From an uncultured Christensenella sp. (GTDB lineage: Bacteria > Bacillota > Clostridia > Christensenellales > UBA1242), in NCBI GenBank assembly GCA_910584295.1, contig CAJTYR010000005.1, positions 24,904 to 88,903 of the forward strand: a stretch of DNA of 64,000 bases, given 5' to 3'. The position numbers and the translations under genes were made by a program. The stretch's first letter is position 1. Every line of letters starts with the position of its first letter. Shown one piece after another: positions 1-7,373 of this stretch. The notes beneath the pieces are model-generated. The model saw only the letters and a program-made list of their open reading frames with translations, was not told the origin of the DNA and searched no databases.

Positions 1-418
1 GATTTTCGGCTCTTTTGAGTAAATGTTTTTTTCTTTTACTTGCAGTCAATTCCAAAGAACAATCCAATGAATATACTGTAATTCGATATTTATGTGTTTT
101 ACCATTCGGCGGTTTCGGACCTGCGTATCTGTGCATACCGTATGCCACGCCCTGTACTGCACCTGACTCCGCAACGCTCTTACATTTCGGAATAGCCTTT
201 TCTATCTTGCTTGTGGCAGGAATATTCCAAATAACCCAATGCGTAAAATTCTTAATCGGATGGCTTATATCTTCCAATGTAACGGCAAGCGTTTTTGCGC
301 TCTCGGATAAATTCTCTATTACAATTTCGGGCGATATATCTTTGCCCCTACCCGTATAATCAACAGGAAATGTATTTCCATTCGTAAAATCGGGCAAACT
401 GAATTTTAACTGCTCCAT
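1..418 (-). CDS. PEBP-family (YbhB/YbcL-like) protein; C-terminus runs off the left window edge
   Basis: Absent from the ORF track because no stop lies inside the window. My minus-strand translation from ATG 418-416 gives MEQLKFSLPDFTNGNTFPVDYTGRGKDISPEIVIENLSESAKTLAVTLEDISHPIKNFTHWVIWNIPA...GVAYGMHRYAGPKPPNGKTHKYRITVYSLD. These are the DISP / HWV.WNIP / Y.GP.PP.G.H.Y...VY.L signatures of bacterial PEBP proteins. GGGAG lies 6 nt upstream. Confidence 0.8.
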   Translation of the reverse strand, partial: MEQLKFSLPDFTNGNTFPVDYTGRGKDISPEIVIENLSESAKTLAVTLEDISHPIKNFTHWVIWNIPATSKIEKAIPKCKSVAESGAVQGVAYGMHRYAGPKPPNGKTHKYRITVYSLDCSLELTASKRKKHLLKRAEN

Positions 419-654
419 AAGTAACTCCCGCTAAATTATTATTTATCGCTTTATCAGCATACTTATTATACCACAACTCTTTGCAATCTGTATCGATTTT
501 GCCCATGTTTGAAATTGCAATTTTGGGCATCTCTGCATACAGTGGTGTTTTTATCTCAAAACCCCTGCATATTGTGTTTTTGACAATCAAAAAAGCCTTT
601 TCAAAAAAAGACTTTTTAGTTAGTATATTTGTGTCAACTGACAACAAAGTCGAT

Positions 655-781
655 TTTTTGATTTTTCAGTTTTGATTTTGCGACGGCAATTTTTTGATTA
701 AAAAATCAAAAATAATCAAAATAAATCAAAAAATAATCAAACTTTGATTTCGCGACAAAATTTTGATTTTGCGATAATCAA
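655..781. repeat. Intergenic array of TTGATT/AATCAA words, including three TTGATTT(T/C)GCGA copies
   Basis: About 10 copies of TTGATT or its complement in ~130 bp. TTGATTTTGCGAC starts near 672, TTGATTTCGCGAC near 744 and TTGATTTTGCGAT near 763. The palindrome TTTTGATTAAAAAATCAAAA is centred near 700. Confidence 0.7.
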
Positions 782-1623
782 ATTTTTAGATTTTTGCACA
801 ACTTGTCCATCAAGCTATTATGTTCGCTTGTTGTTTGTTTTATCTCCAAATCTATCCCTCTTTGATATGGAATAAAAGTAGAACTTCCACCAACCATATA
901 ACCAAGTTCCAATTTTTCTGGATTATACTCTTTCTCTATTTTTCTAAAAGTTGGGTCTACCAATATCCATTTCCCTTCATAAAAACATTCACAAAATGAG
1001 TGTCCATAGTGATGTGAAAAATCTTTATTGTGTTGTAGTCTTTCAACCCAACTCCTTTCTGCTGTATGTAAAATTGTTGTTGGAATTCCTATTTGTCTTG
1101 CAAATGTTGCGAATAGTGTAGCGTAATCGGTGCAACCTGTCATTATTTTACTATCCCAAATTTCTTTTGCTGTTCTTTGAAATCTATATTTGTCATTAAA
1201 TTCTTTATCTCCAAATTTCACAACATGATTTATCCAGTTGAATAAACTTTCTATCTTTGTTATTTTGATGCCTTTTTCAATCTTGTGGTTATAATCACAC
1301 AAAACTTTTTCTAAAACATATTCGTTCGAAATAAATGGTTGAGTGAGATTCCCATTAGTTAAATAAAAATCTGTATCTGCCTTTGTCAACTTTCTCATAT
1401 TCGACTCCTTGTATAGTTTTGATTTTTTGATTTTCTCTAAATAATCAAAATTATCTATCGCGAAATCAAAATCTTCACAATTTAGAAAAGACACCGCTTT
1501 GTCACTTCTATCAAAAATTTCATATTTTTCTTTTCTTTCAATCTGTGTACAGTGTCCCAATCTATTCTCCACCACTGCATACAGTGTACCAAAGTCTCTT
1601 ATAAAAAAGACTTTTTGTTGCAT
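778..1623 (-). CDS. Transglutaminase-like (Cys-His-Asp core) domain protein
   Basis: The track ORF 778..1722 reads through the tRNA-derived repeat (GTKVSGSNPDGST is translated tRNA), so I start it at ATG 1623-1621 (MQQKVFF...). It contains TGCTDYATLFATFARQIGIPT followed by His and Asp positions (HHYGHSFCECF, ILVDP), typical of transglutaminase-like cysteine-protease folds. Confidence 0.65.
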   Translation of the reverse strand: MQQKVFFIRDFGTLYAVVENRLGHCTQIERKEKYEIFDRSDKAVSFLNCEDFDFAIDNFDYLEKIKKSKLYKESNMRKLTKADTDFYLTNGNLTQPFISNEYVLEKVLCDYNHKIEKGIKITKIESLFNWINHVVKFGDKEFNDKYRFQRTAKEIWDSKIMTGCTDYATLFATFARQIGIPTTILHTAERSWVERLQHNKDFSHHYGHSFCECFYEGKWILVDPTFRKIEKEYNPEKLELGYMVGGSSTFIPYQRGIDLEIKQTTSEHNSLMDKLCKNLKI

Positions 1624-1628
1624 ATAGT

Positions 1629-1672
1629 TGGTGCTCCCGTCAGGATTTGAACCCGAGACCTTTGTTCCGAAG
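1629..1672 (-). repeat. attL core: displaced 3' half of tRNA-Arg (CCA end through anticodon loop)
   Basis: tggtgctcccgtcaggatttgaacccgagacctttgttccgaag is identical to 39741..39784. Identity ends exactly after the anticodon-loop sequence. Confidence 0.9.
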
Positions 1673-1744
1673 TTGTATAAATACAATATCGGGAGTTCGT
1701 TTTTCATGCCGTTTTGCACCATATTTTATCGTATCGTAAAGTGC

Positions 1745-1760
1745 CTAAATCCCTTTATTT
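1745..1760. repeat. Left copy of a 16-nt inverted repeat (CTAAATCCCTTTATTT) flanking the att core
   Basis: Exact reverse complement of 39723..39738. In a circularised attP the two copies would bracket the 44-nt core. Confidence 0.8.
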
Positions 1761-1838
1761 ATCGAATGTTTAGCAATTTCACTTTAACAAAAAGTATTAT
1801 ACAACATTTTGCCAAGAAAACATAGCACAAAACGGCAC

Positions 1839-1879
1839 TTTTGCAAAAATTTTGCATTTTTCTTGCAAAAATTCGTCAC
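1839..1879 (+). promoter_or_regulatory. Left-arm repeats: TTTTGCAAAAATTTTGCA plus one AATTCGTCAC unit (putative integrase arm-type sites)
   Basis: The 18-mer at 1839..1856 is identical to 39448..39465. AATTCGTCAC (ATTCGTCAC at 1871..1879) matches the triplicated unit at 39526..39557, in the same orientation. Confidence 0.55.
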
Positions 1880-1937
1880 AAGTAAGCAATTTTGCTTATT
1901 TTTTTATTTTTCAAATTTTAAATAAGGAAGTATAACA

Positions 1938-3134
1938 ATGAAAAAATTTTGGATAACCTTTGGTGCCATAGCCTTTGCGCTTATTCTTGGCACTGGTATT
2001 ATTTTATTGTGCTGCCTACCAAAAGCAGCCCCATATAATGATAAAAACGACCCCGCAATTGAAATCCCTGTGGATCCAGAAACCCCACCGGAATTGCCAG
2101 ACGACAATCCGACAGACAAAGAAGAAGATGAAAATCCAGCTGATGACATTCCACCAGAAACCCCAAAAGAAGATGAGGATCCAAAGGAAGATGTGATTGT
2201 TGGCACTGTCGTTCCACTTTCATTTAATGACGGAGCTATCATTGGCTACAACGGAACGAATAATGAAATCACAATCCCAACATCTTATTCCTTTGGTGGA
2301 TATACAACAGAAGAAACAACCTTTGAAAATATTTGGGATTTTTATGAATGGTATCGCAACCAGCAATTTGAATGGAAAGGCAAAGAGATAACTATTCAAC
2401 TTGCAAATGGCGAAGATTATGTTATTTCCAACTCATCAAACATTTTGCCGGAACTTGAAAATATTGATGACGCCTTTCCTATTATATATAAAGAAAGAAA
2501 AGAAGTGTTTGTTGAAGGCAACGATTTTCAAGTGACATCTATTGCTGACAGAGCTTTTGAAAATGCAACTATTAAAAAAGTTGTTGTGCCAGAAGGTATA
2601 ACACATTTGGGCAATATGGCATTTTACAACTCAACATTAAAAGAGATTCAATTGCCAGAAAGTTTAATGTCAATTGGAAATTCTTGTTTTTCTGGCACAC
2701 AATTGGAACATATCAATCTTCCAGCAAACATTAAAACAATTTCAATTGGTTGTTTTGACAGATGTGAAAGACTTATAGACATTGACTTATCAAACATTGA
2801 AAGAATTGAGGACTCTGCGTTCTGGGGCTGCATTGGACTTAAAGAAGTGACATTCTCTGACAACTTGCAATATATTGCCTACGCGTCTTTCTTTGTCACA
2901 GAATCTCTTGAAGTTATGGATATTCCAAGCAGTTTGACTGAATATACAACTTTCTGGAATTGTTATGACGGATTAAAGAAATTGATTTTACGACCTAACT
3001 TTGTTTTTGACTTGTCTTATGATTATTCTCAACTTTCTTCCCATCTTGCGGGAATATATGTTCCAGATGACTTGCTTGAACAATACAAAGAACAATATCC
3101 AGAACTCAATATTCTTGCAATCAGCGAACTATAA
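1938..3134 (+). CDS. Membrane-anchored BspA-type leucine-rich-repeat (LRR_5-like) surface protein
   Basis: N-terminal TM helix (FGAIAFALILGTGIILLCCL), then an acidic Pro/Glu/Asp-rich linker. This is followed by repeats of the type I.IP.S...IG..AF..C..L..I.LP (e.g. VVVPEGITHLGNMAFYNSTLKEIQLPESLMSIGNSCFSGTQLEHINLPANIKTISIGCF). RBS AAGGAAG. Confidence 0.75.
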   Translation: MKKFWITFGAIAFALILGTGIILLCCLPKAAPYNDKNDPAIEIPVDPETPPELPDDNPTDKEEDENPADDIPPETPKEDEDPKEDVIVGTVVPLSFNDGAIIGYNGTNNEITIPTSYSFGGYTTEETTFENIWDFYEWYRNQQFEWKGKEITIQLANGEDYVISNSSNILPELENIDDAFPIIYKERKEVFVEGNDFQVTSIADRAFENATIKKVVVPEGITHLGNMAFYNSTLKEIQLPESLMSIGNSCFSGTQLEHINLPANIKTISIGCFDRCERLIDIDLSNIERIEDSAFWGCIGLKEVTFSDNLQYIAYASFFVTESLEVMDIPSSLTEYTTFWNCYDGLKKLILRPNFVFDLSYDYSQLSSHLAGIYVPDDLLEQYKEQYPELNILAISEL

Positions 3135-3168
3135 AAAATAGGCACACGTTTTGTTGTGCCTATTTTTT
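3134..3168. terminator. Bidirectional Rho-independent terminator
   Basis: ATAGGCACA(3138-3146)...TGTGCCTAT(3155-3163) forms a 9-bp stem flanked by an A-run and a T-run, between convergent genes. Confidence 0.8.
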
Positions 3169-3412
3169 AATATAGATTGATGTTATCTAAGTCAGCAAAT
3201 AAAGGACTGTCAAAAAATTGTAGCACCGGGATCGACATTGTTTGAAGTAAAATGAAAACGGTTTTCATATTCACGCTGTCATATCGATTATACAACAATG
3301 AAGTAATTGTGCCTTTGCTTAGTCCACTGATTTCAACTAACTTATAAATAGTTATCTTTTTCTCAAATAAAATTTCTCGCAACCTTTGAGAAACACATTT
3401 ACTAATTGTCAT
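3167..3412 (-). CDS. XRE-family helix-turn-helix transcriptional regulator
   Basis: 81 aa. The segment LREILFEKKITIYKLVEISGLSKGTITSLLYNRY fits the XRE/Cro-CI HTH pattern. It is a paralogue of the next gene. Confidence 0.75.
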   Translation of the reverse strand: MTISKCVSQRLREILFEKKITIYKLVEISGLSKGTITSLLYNRYDSVNMKTVFILLQTMSIPVLQFFDSPLFADLDNINLY

Positions 3413-3437
3413 ATTTACACCATTCGGAAAAGAGTGA

Positions 3438-3677
3438 TTAGCAGTCTAAATTTTCTTCACTAAATAATGGACTTCTGAAAAATTCATCAACAGAAACACC
3501 CAATGCTCTAATGATAACTACAAGCGTTGTCAGATTAACACCTTTATATCTTGAATATTGCAACGATACAATCGTCCCTTTTGACAAGCCTGTGATTTGC
3601 TCGATTTTATACCATGTAAGATTTTTTTCTCTTAATATCTCATTTATTCTTGCTGTCACTGCCTTTGAAACGCTCAT
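3438..3677 (-). CDS. XRE-family helix-turn-helix transcriptional regulator
   Basis: 79 aa. INEILREKNLTWYKIEQITGLSKGTIVSLQYSRYKGVNLTTLVVIIRALGVSVDEFF. Strong RBS AAGGGGTGG. Divergent from the SLOG gene across an operator-bearing intergenic region. Confidence 0.8.
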   Translation of the reverse strand: MSVSKAVTARINEILREKNLTWYKIEQITGLSKGTIVSLQYSRYKGVNLTTLVVIIRALGVSVDEFFRSPLFSEENLDC

Positions 3678-3736
3678 ATTCCACCCCTTTATGTTTTTCG
3701 ATAACTATATTTTAGCATAACTATTTTAATAAATAA

Positions 3737-3805
3737 TTATGTAAAAACATAAAATCTTTTTGAATTTGGCAAAACTTGTGCTATTATAGTTATGTAAAAA
3801 CATAA
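3737..3805. promoter_or_regulatory. Two identical palindromic operators (TTATGT-N4-ACATAA) around a TGnTATTAT extended -10
   Basis: TTATGTAAAAACATAA occurs at 3737..3752 and again at 3790..3805. The extended -10 TGCTATTAT (hexamer 3782..3787) sits between them, upstream of the SLOG gene. Confidence 0.6.
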
Positions 3806-3820
3806 CTATTGGAGAATGAT

Positions 3821-4378
3821 ATGAGTTTTGGCAAACAAAATATTGATGAAATTATAAAACAATGTAAGGATATTGATGAACAGCTTTCGTCTGTCTCTGC
3901 TTGCGCCACTGGATACAGGCCACAAAAATGTATATGGGGCTTTAATGAAGGACATCCAAGATGTATTGATATGAAAAAACGTCTTAAAGAAAGAGTTGAG
4001 TATTCTATTGAAAATGGATATAAAATTTTTATTTCTGGAATGGCAATCGGGTTTGACACTATTTTTGCTGAAACTGTTTTGGAGTTAAAGAAAAAATATC
4101 CTTTTATAAAACTTGTTGCAGCACTGCCATGCAGAGATCAATATAAGCTTTGGAAGCCAGAGCAAATTGAAAGATATAAAAGGATTCTAAAACAATGTGA
4201 CGATGTCCGCTGTCTTTATGAAAGTTATAACGACAAGTGCATGCTTGAAAGAAATGACTATATGCTAAATTGTTCTTCTCTTGTGTTTGCTTTGTTTGAC
4301 GGAAAGCCCGGCGGAACAAAATACACAGTCAATAAAGCGAGGCAAAAGGGATTAAGGGTGGTAATCATTGAGCCATAA
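3821..4378 (+). CDS. SLOG-superfamily protein of the DUF1273 / YpsA-like type
   Basis: ATGYRPQK...ENGYKIFISGMAIGFDTIFAETVLELKKKYPFIKLVAALPCRDQ...W...RYKRIL...ERNDYMLNCSSLVFALFDGKPGGTKYTV matches the DUF1273 pattern (GhRP.K, hhsG.A.G.D, LK..YP.I+L..hhPF, RN.aMl). I prefer ATG 3821 (GGAGA RBS) to the track start 3809. Confidence 0.7.
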   Translation: MSFGKQNIDEIIKQCKDIDEQLSSVSACATGYRPQKCIWGFNEGHPRCIDMKKRLKERVEYSIENGYKIFISGMAIGFDTIFAETVLELKKKYPFIKLVAALPCRDQYKLWKPEQIERYKRILKQCDDVRCLYESYNDKCMLERNDYMLNCSSLVFALFDGKPGGTKYTVNKARQKGLRVVIIEP

Positions 4379-4410
4379 AAAAGACAAGTCATTTATAGAC
4401 TTGTCTTTTA
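4377..4410. terminator. Bidirectional Rho-independent terminator
   Basis: AAGACAAGTC(4381-4390)-ATTTATA-GACTTGTCTT(4398-4407) forms a perfect 10-bp stem flanked by A and T runs, between convergent genes. Confidence 0.8.
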
Positions 4411-4423
4411 TATTTTAATTTAT

Positions 4424-6322
4424 TTAATAAATTCTTTCTGGCAAATCGTCAACAGGATCTTTCTCAAAAATTATATCAGCTAATGGATCTACCTTTCGTG
4501 CTATATCATCTCTCGTGTCATAATAATAGCGTTTTTTTTCAAGCTCAATTTCCCCATACACTTGCTTAACATATTCTTCTCGTGCTTCGCCTGTAAGGTA
4601 TCTGTCTCTATCTTGGCAATGCCCAAATCTATAAACATCAGGTCTTGGTGCGTCGCCATTTCGCATTTTGACAACTTTGGCAAGTCCTAAAAGTTCAAGC
4701 GAATATTCACAATCAACCAACAATCCAATTTCTTCTTCGGAGAAATCTTTGCTTGCATATCTTTTGCAAATATCTGCTCTATGGTAATCAAAATCAGCAT
4801 ATTGATCAATAGGTGGATAAGCTCCCATAGAAGTATATTTTATTGTGCTTATCAATCGCAACATCTCATCTACTTCGTCATAAGAAGCGTCTAAGTTTTG
4901 TTTATTTAATTCGTTGACTTTATCTTTTACAAGAGGCAAAAGCATTTTTACAATTTCATTTTTTTTCTCGCCAACTTCTACATTGAGGAGAGCTGTATCA
5001 ACATATCTTATTTGTTCTTTCTTAAAAAGTGCTTTAAAAATCCTTTCAGCTTCTGGCACTTCAACAGTATCGAACTTTTCAAAGGAATCTGCACAAAGTG
5101 GCTTATTTTCTTCAATCAATTCGCCTAAAAGTTTTGCGTATGTGTATTTGTTGTCGCTTTTCTCATTTACTATACTATTTATGATAGATGTTTCCAATAC
5201 ATCATAAGCATAAGAAATTCCATGTTGAATATATGCTTTATATATACCTGCATAATATGTCTGCAAAACATCTTGCATTTTATCATCATCATGATATTTT
5301 TTCACAATTCTTTTCATTTGCACATCAAGGACATCTGCCAATAAATCTTGTTTAAGTTTCATTTCTTTGGCGTCTTGCGGTGCATAAGCAAAATATTGAG
5401 CAATTTTGCTTTTTTCTAACTCTTGCTGTTCTGCTTTTCCAATCTTTACAAAGAAATCTTCTTCTTCAAGCGTTCTCAATAATGCTTTGCATGGAATATA
5501 GAAATCAATTGCTCTTGAATAATATTTATATTCTTCTTTTTGCAAATCGTCCCAAAACAGACCTAAATCAGAAACAAACTTATTCTTTCTTAAAACGTCA
5601 ACTTCATGTGAATAATCCCAAAGCTCTTTCATACAAGCCACAGCAAATTGTCTTGCGTCAATTTCATGTTCTTGCAATAAATAAAGTGGAAAATCAAAAT
5701 TATCTTCTTCGCTAAAACGTTCAGTAAGAATATTCAAACATTTATCGTCAAGTAATAAAGACGCATTGTAAAGTGTTTCAACTTCGTGCCCAGCCAAAAG
5801 CAATTCTTTGGGTGATAAAATTGTATCTGCAACTTTTTGAGAATAATGACCAATTATATTAGCATAGCGTTGACTTTCTTCTTTTGAAAAATCAAATCTT
5901 TTATTATATGCGGCAACATTGCTTTGAACAAAGTGCTTATATTCGTGTGCAATAGTTGCCAGAATTTGAAGTTGTGATTTTCTGTCAAACACCCCGCCAT
6001 GATCATTTCGGTAATCTTTAAACAAAATTATTTCTTCATTTCTTAGAATATGGTGATTGCCCGGCAATATCTCATCTTCATAAGTATAGCCGCCCATTGC
6101 ATTTGTATCATTAAGCGCTTCGTCAATAACTCTCTGCGGATCCTTTTCTACAAAAGAAACTCTTATCGGGTGCAATTTAAGCTCTTTAAATTTAGGCTTA
6201 ACAAAGGCGTCAAGATATTCATTTAAGAGGTCTTGCATTTTGTCATAACCTACAATAACATCATTGTTTGCAAGTTTTTCAAGAAATTTCCTTTGTTTTC
6301 TATCAAGTTTCATAACTACCAC
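4424..6322 (-). CDS. Large hypothetical protein with an HExxH zinc-metallopeptidase-like motif
   Basis: 632 aa. IAHEYKHFVQ (HEYKH encoded at 5933..5947) is followed ~75 aa later by LQEHEIDARQFA. There is no TM segment or signal peptide. RBS AAAGGTGG. It has its own copy of the promoter that also precedes the radical-SAM gene. Confidence 0.5.
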   Translation of the reverse strand: MVVMKLDRKQRKFLEKLANNDVIVGYDKMQDLLNEYLDAFVKPKFKELKLHPIRVSFVEKDPQRVIDEALNDTNAMGGYTYEDEILPGNHHILRNEEIILFKDYRNDHGGVFDRKSQLQILATIAHEYKHFVQSNVAAYNKRFDFSKEESQRYANIIGHYSQKVADTILSPKELLLAGHEVETLYNASLLLDDKCLNILTERFSEEDNFDFPLYLLQEHEIDARQFAVACMKELWDYSHEVDVLRKNKFVSDLGLFWDDLQKEEYKYYSRAIDFYIPCKALLRTLEEEDFFVKIGKAEQQELEKSKIAQYFAYAPQDAKEMKLKQDLLADVLDVQMKRIVKKYHDDDKMQDVLQTYYAGIYKAYIQHGISYAYDVLETSIINSIVNEKSDNKYTYAKLLGELIEENKPLCADSFEKFDTVEVPEAERIFKALFKKEQIRYVDTALLNVEVGEKKNEIVKMLLPLVKDKVNELNKQNLDASYDEVDEMLRLISTIKYTSMGAYPPIDQYADFDYHRADICKRYASKDFSEEEIGLLVDCEYSLELLGLAKVVKMRNGDAPRPDVYRFGHCQDRDRYLTGEAREEYVKQVYGEIELEKKRYYYDTRDDIARKVDPLADIIFEKDPVDDLPERIY

Positions 6323-6331
6323 CTTTCTATA

Positions 6332-6360
6332 ATTATATCACAATTAAAAGTTTTTGTAAA
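6332..6360 (-). promoter_or_regulatory. Sigma-70-type promoter, copy A (TTTACA-17-TATAAT with TGn)
   Basis: On the minus strand the -35 TTTACA is at 6360-6355 and the -10 TATAAT at 6337-6332, with a 17-nt spacer. About 36 nt are nearly identical to copy B at 7222..7250. Confidence 0.6.
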
Positions 6361-6376
6361 TATCTATGTGCGGGGT

Positions 6377-7204
6377 TTACAAAGAATACTCCCAATCATC
6401 TGTTTTCTTTCCGTCAGAATAAACAACTTTAAATGTTTGAACATTTGATTTGATTTTATATCCGCACAGTCTTTTTATGCTAAACTCAATTCCTTTATAA
6501 TTAAACACATCAACACAGCCGGTTTTTATCAATTGTTGAGAGGTTTTAGGCTTAATGAAATTTTTGAAGAAATTATATGCTTTTACATGTCCAACTGCAT
6601 ATTCTTCAAATCCATGATTTTCGCCAACATATTTCAACTCACTTATCTTAGCTGCGTCAACATTTAATTCTTTACAAAGGCTTGCCATTTTGTCAACAAA
6701 TATATCTTCTTCGCCAAGCCATAATTTTGTGATGACCATATTAAACGTTGCTTTAAACCTTTTCTTTCTCAAAGCGTTTTTCAAATTAGAAAATTTCATA
6801 TTGGCATGAATAATTTGATTGTTCTTTTCTTCATCATAATGGTGAAGTCCGATACGGACTTCGTCAACAAGATCATTTAAAATCTCAACTTTTTCTTCTG
6901 TCAACAAAGATCCATTTGTATTTAAAATGATATAGCTTTTATAAGGTCGAATTTTTCTTAGCAATTCGACTAACGCGTCAAAGTCTAAAAGAGGCTCGCC
7001 ACCTGTCACACCAACAATATTATAATCGCTTTCAGACAATATAGCTTCAACCATTTTGTCAACATTTATTTCTGTTCCTTTACGGTTATTCCTATCAATA
7101 CAAAACCAGCAAGCACCATTACAACGATTATTCATTTTAACTTGTAAAAATTTAGGCGCTTCGTCAGAACAGTGGCAATTCTTATTTGGAGTAAAATGTT
7201 TCAT
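6377..7204 (-). CDS. Radical SAM enzyme (subfamily not assignable by eye)
   Basis: CNGACWFC (CxxxCxxC, encoded at 7100..7123), GVTGGEPLL (SAM-binding glycine motif) and ILNTNGSLL. 275 aa with no SPASM-like Cys cluster. Confidence 0.8.
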   Translation of the reverse strand: MKHFTPNKNCHCSDEAPKFLQVKMNNRCNGACWFCIDRNNRKGTEINVDKMVEAILSESDYNIVGVTGGEPLLDFDALVELLRKIRPYKSYIILNTNGSLLTEEKVEILNDLVDEVRIGLHHYDEEKNNQIIHANMKFSNLKNALRKKRFKATFNMVITKLWLGEEDIFVDKMASLCKELNVDAAKISELKYVGENHGFEEYAVGHVKAYNFFKNFIKPKTSQQLIKTGCVDVFNYKGIEFSIKRLCGYKIKSNVQTFKVVYSDGKKTDDWEYSL

Positions 7205-7216
7205 AAAATTCCCTTT

Positions 7217-7250
7217 TTGTGATTATATCACAATTATAAATTTTTGTAAA
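7217..7250 (-). promoter_or_regulatory. Promoter copy B (TTTACA-17-TATAAT) overlapped by a 17-bp perfect palindrome TTGTGATTATATCACAA
   Basis: -35 at 7250-7245 and -10 at 7227-7222 on the minus strand. The palindrome at 7217..7233 covers the -10. The site lies in the divergent region between the radical-SAM gene and the cargo cluster. Confidence 0.6.
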
Positions 7251-7330
7251 TATCTAAGCAAAGTTTTTACAAACATGATGAAGTTTTATGATCACTTTTT
7301 TATTAAAAACATATACAAACTTATAGAAAA

Positions 7331-7344
7331 TATGTTATAATGTC
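7331..7344 (+). promoter_or_regulatory. Extended -10 promoter element (TATGTTATAATGTC), copy 1, upstream of the cargo cluster
   Basis: TGTTATAAT has its hexamer at 7336..7341. The identical 14-mer recurs at 9249..9262. Confidence 0.5.
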
Positions 7345-7373
7345 CATAAAGAACATTAAACAAAGGGCTTTCA

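Noticed and set aside
15-359. Track ORF of 114 aa on the plus strand
   Set aside because: It lies entirely antisense to the PEBP-family gene, which has clear family signatures. It has no RBS and no recognisable motif.
360-647. 95-aa minus-strand ORF upstream of the PEBP gene
   Set aside because: Its last 58 nt overlap the well-supported PEBP start in another frame, and it has no motif I recognise. It may be a real small gene with an earlier end, but I cannot support it.
1624-1722. N-terminal extension of the transglutaminase-like ORF, and the plus-strand ORFs 1628..1825, 39740..40015 and minus-strand 39604..39894
   Set aside because: These are translations of the tRNA and att-repeat sequence (MVLPSGFEPETFVPK, GTKVSGSNPDGST). 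The identical peptides at both ICE ends reflect the 44-nt repeat, not genes.
6377-7204. Calling the radical-SAM enzyme a prokaryotic viperin
   Set aside because: There is a faint resemblance (KISELKYVGENHG versus the viperin KVFQ.L.I.GEN region). However, the viperin-specific N-terminal context and the C-terminal extension motifs are not evident, so this is too weak to call without an HMM or structure comparison.
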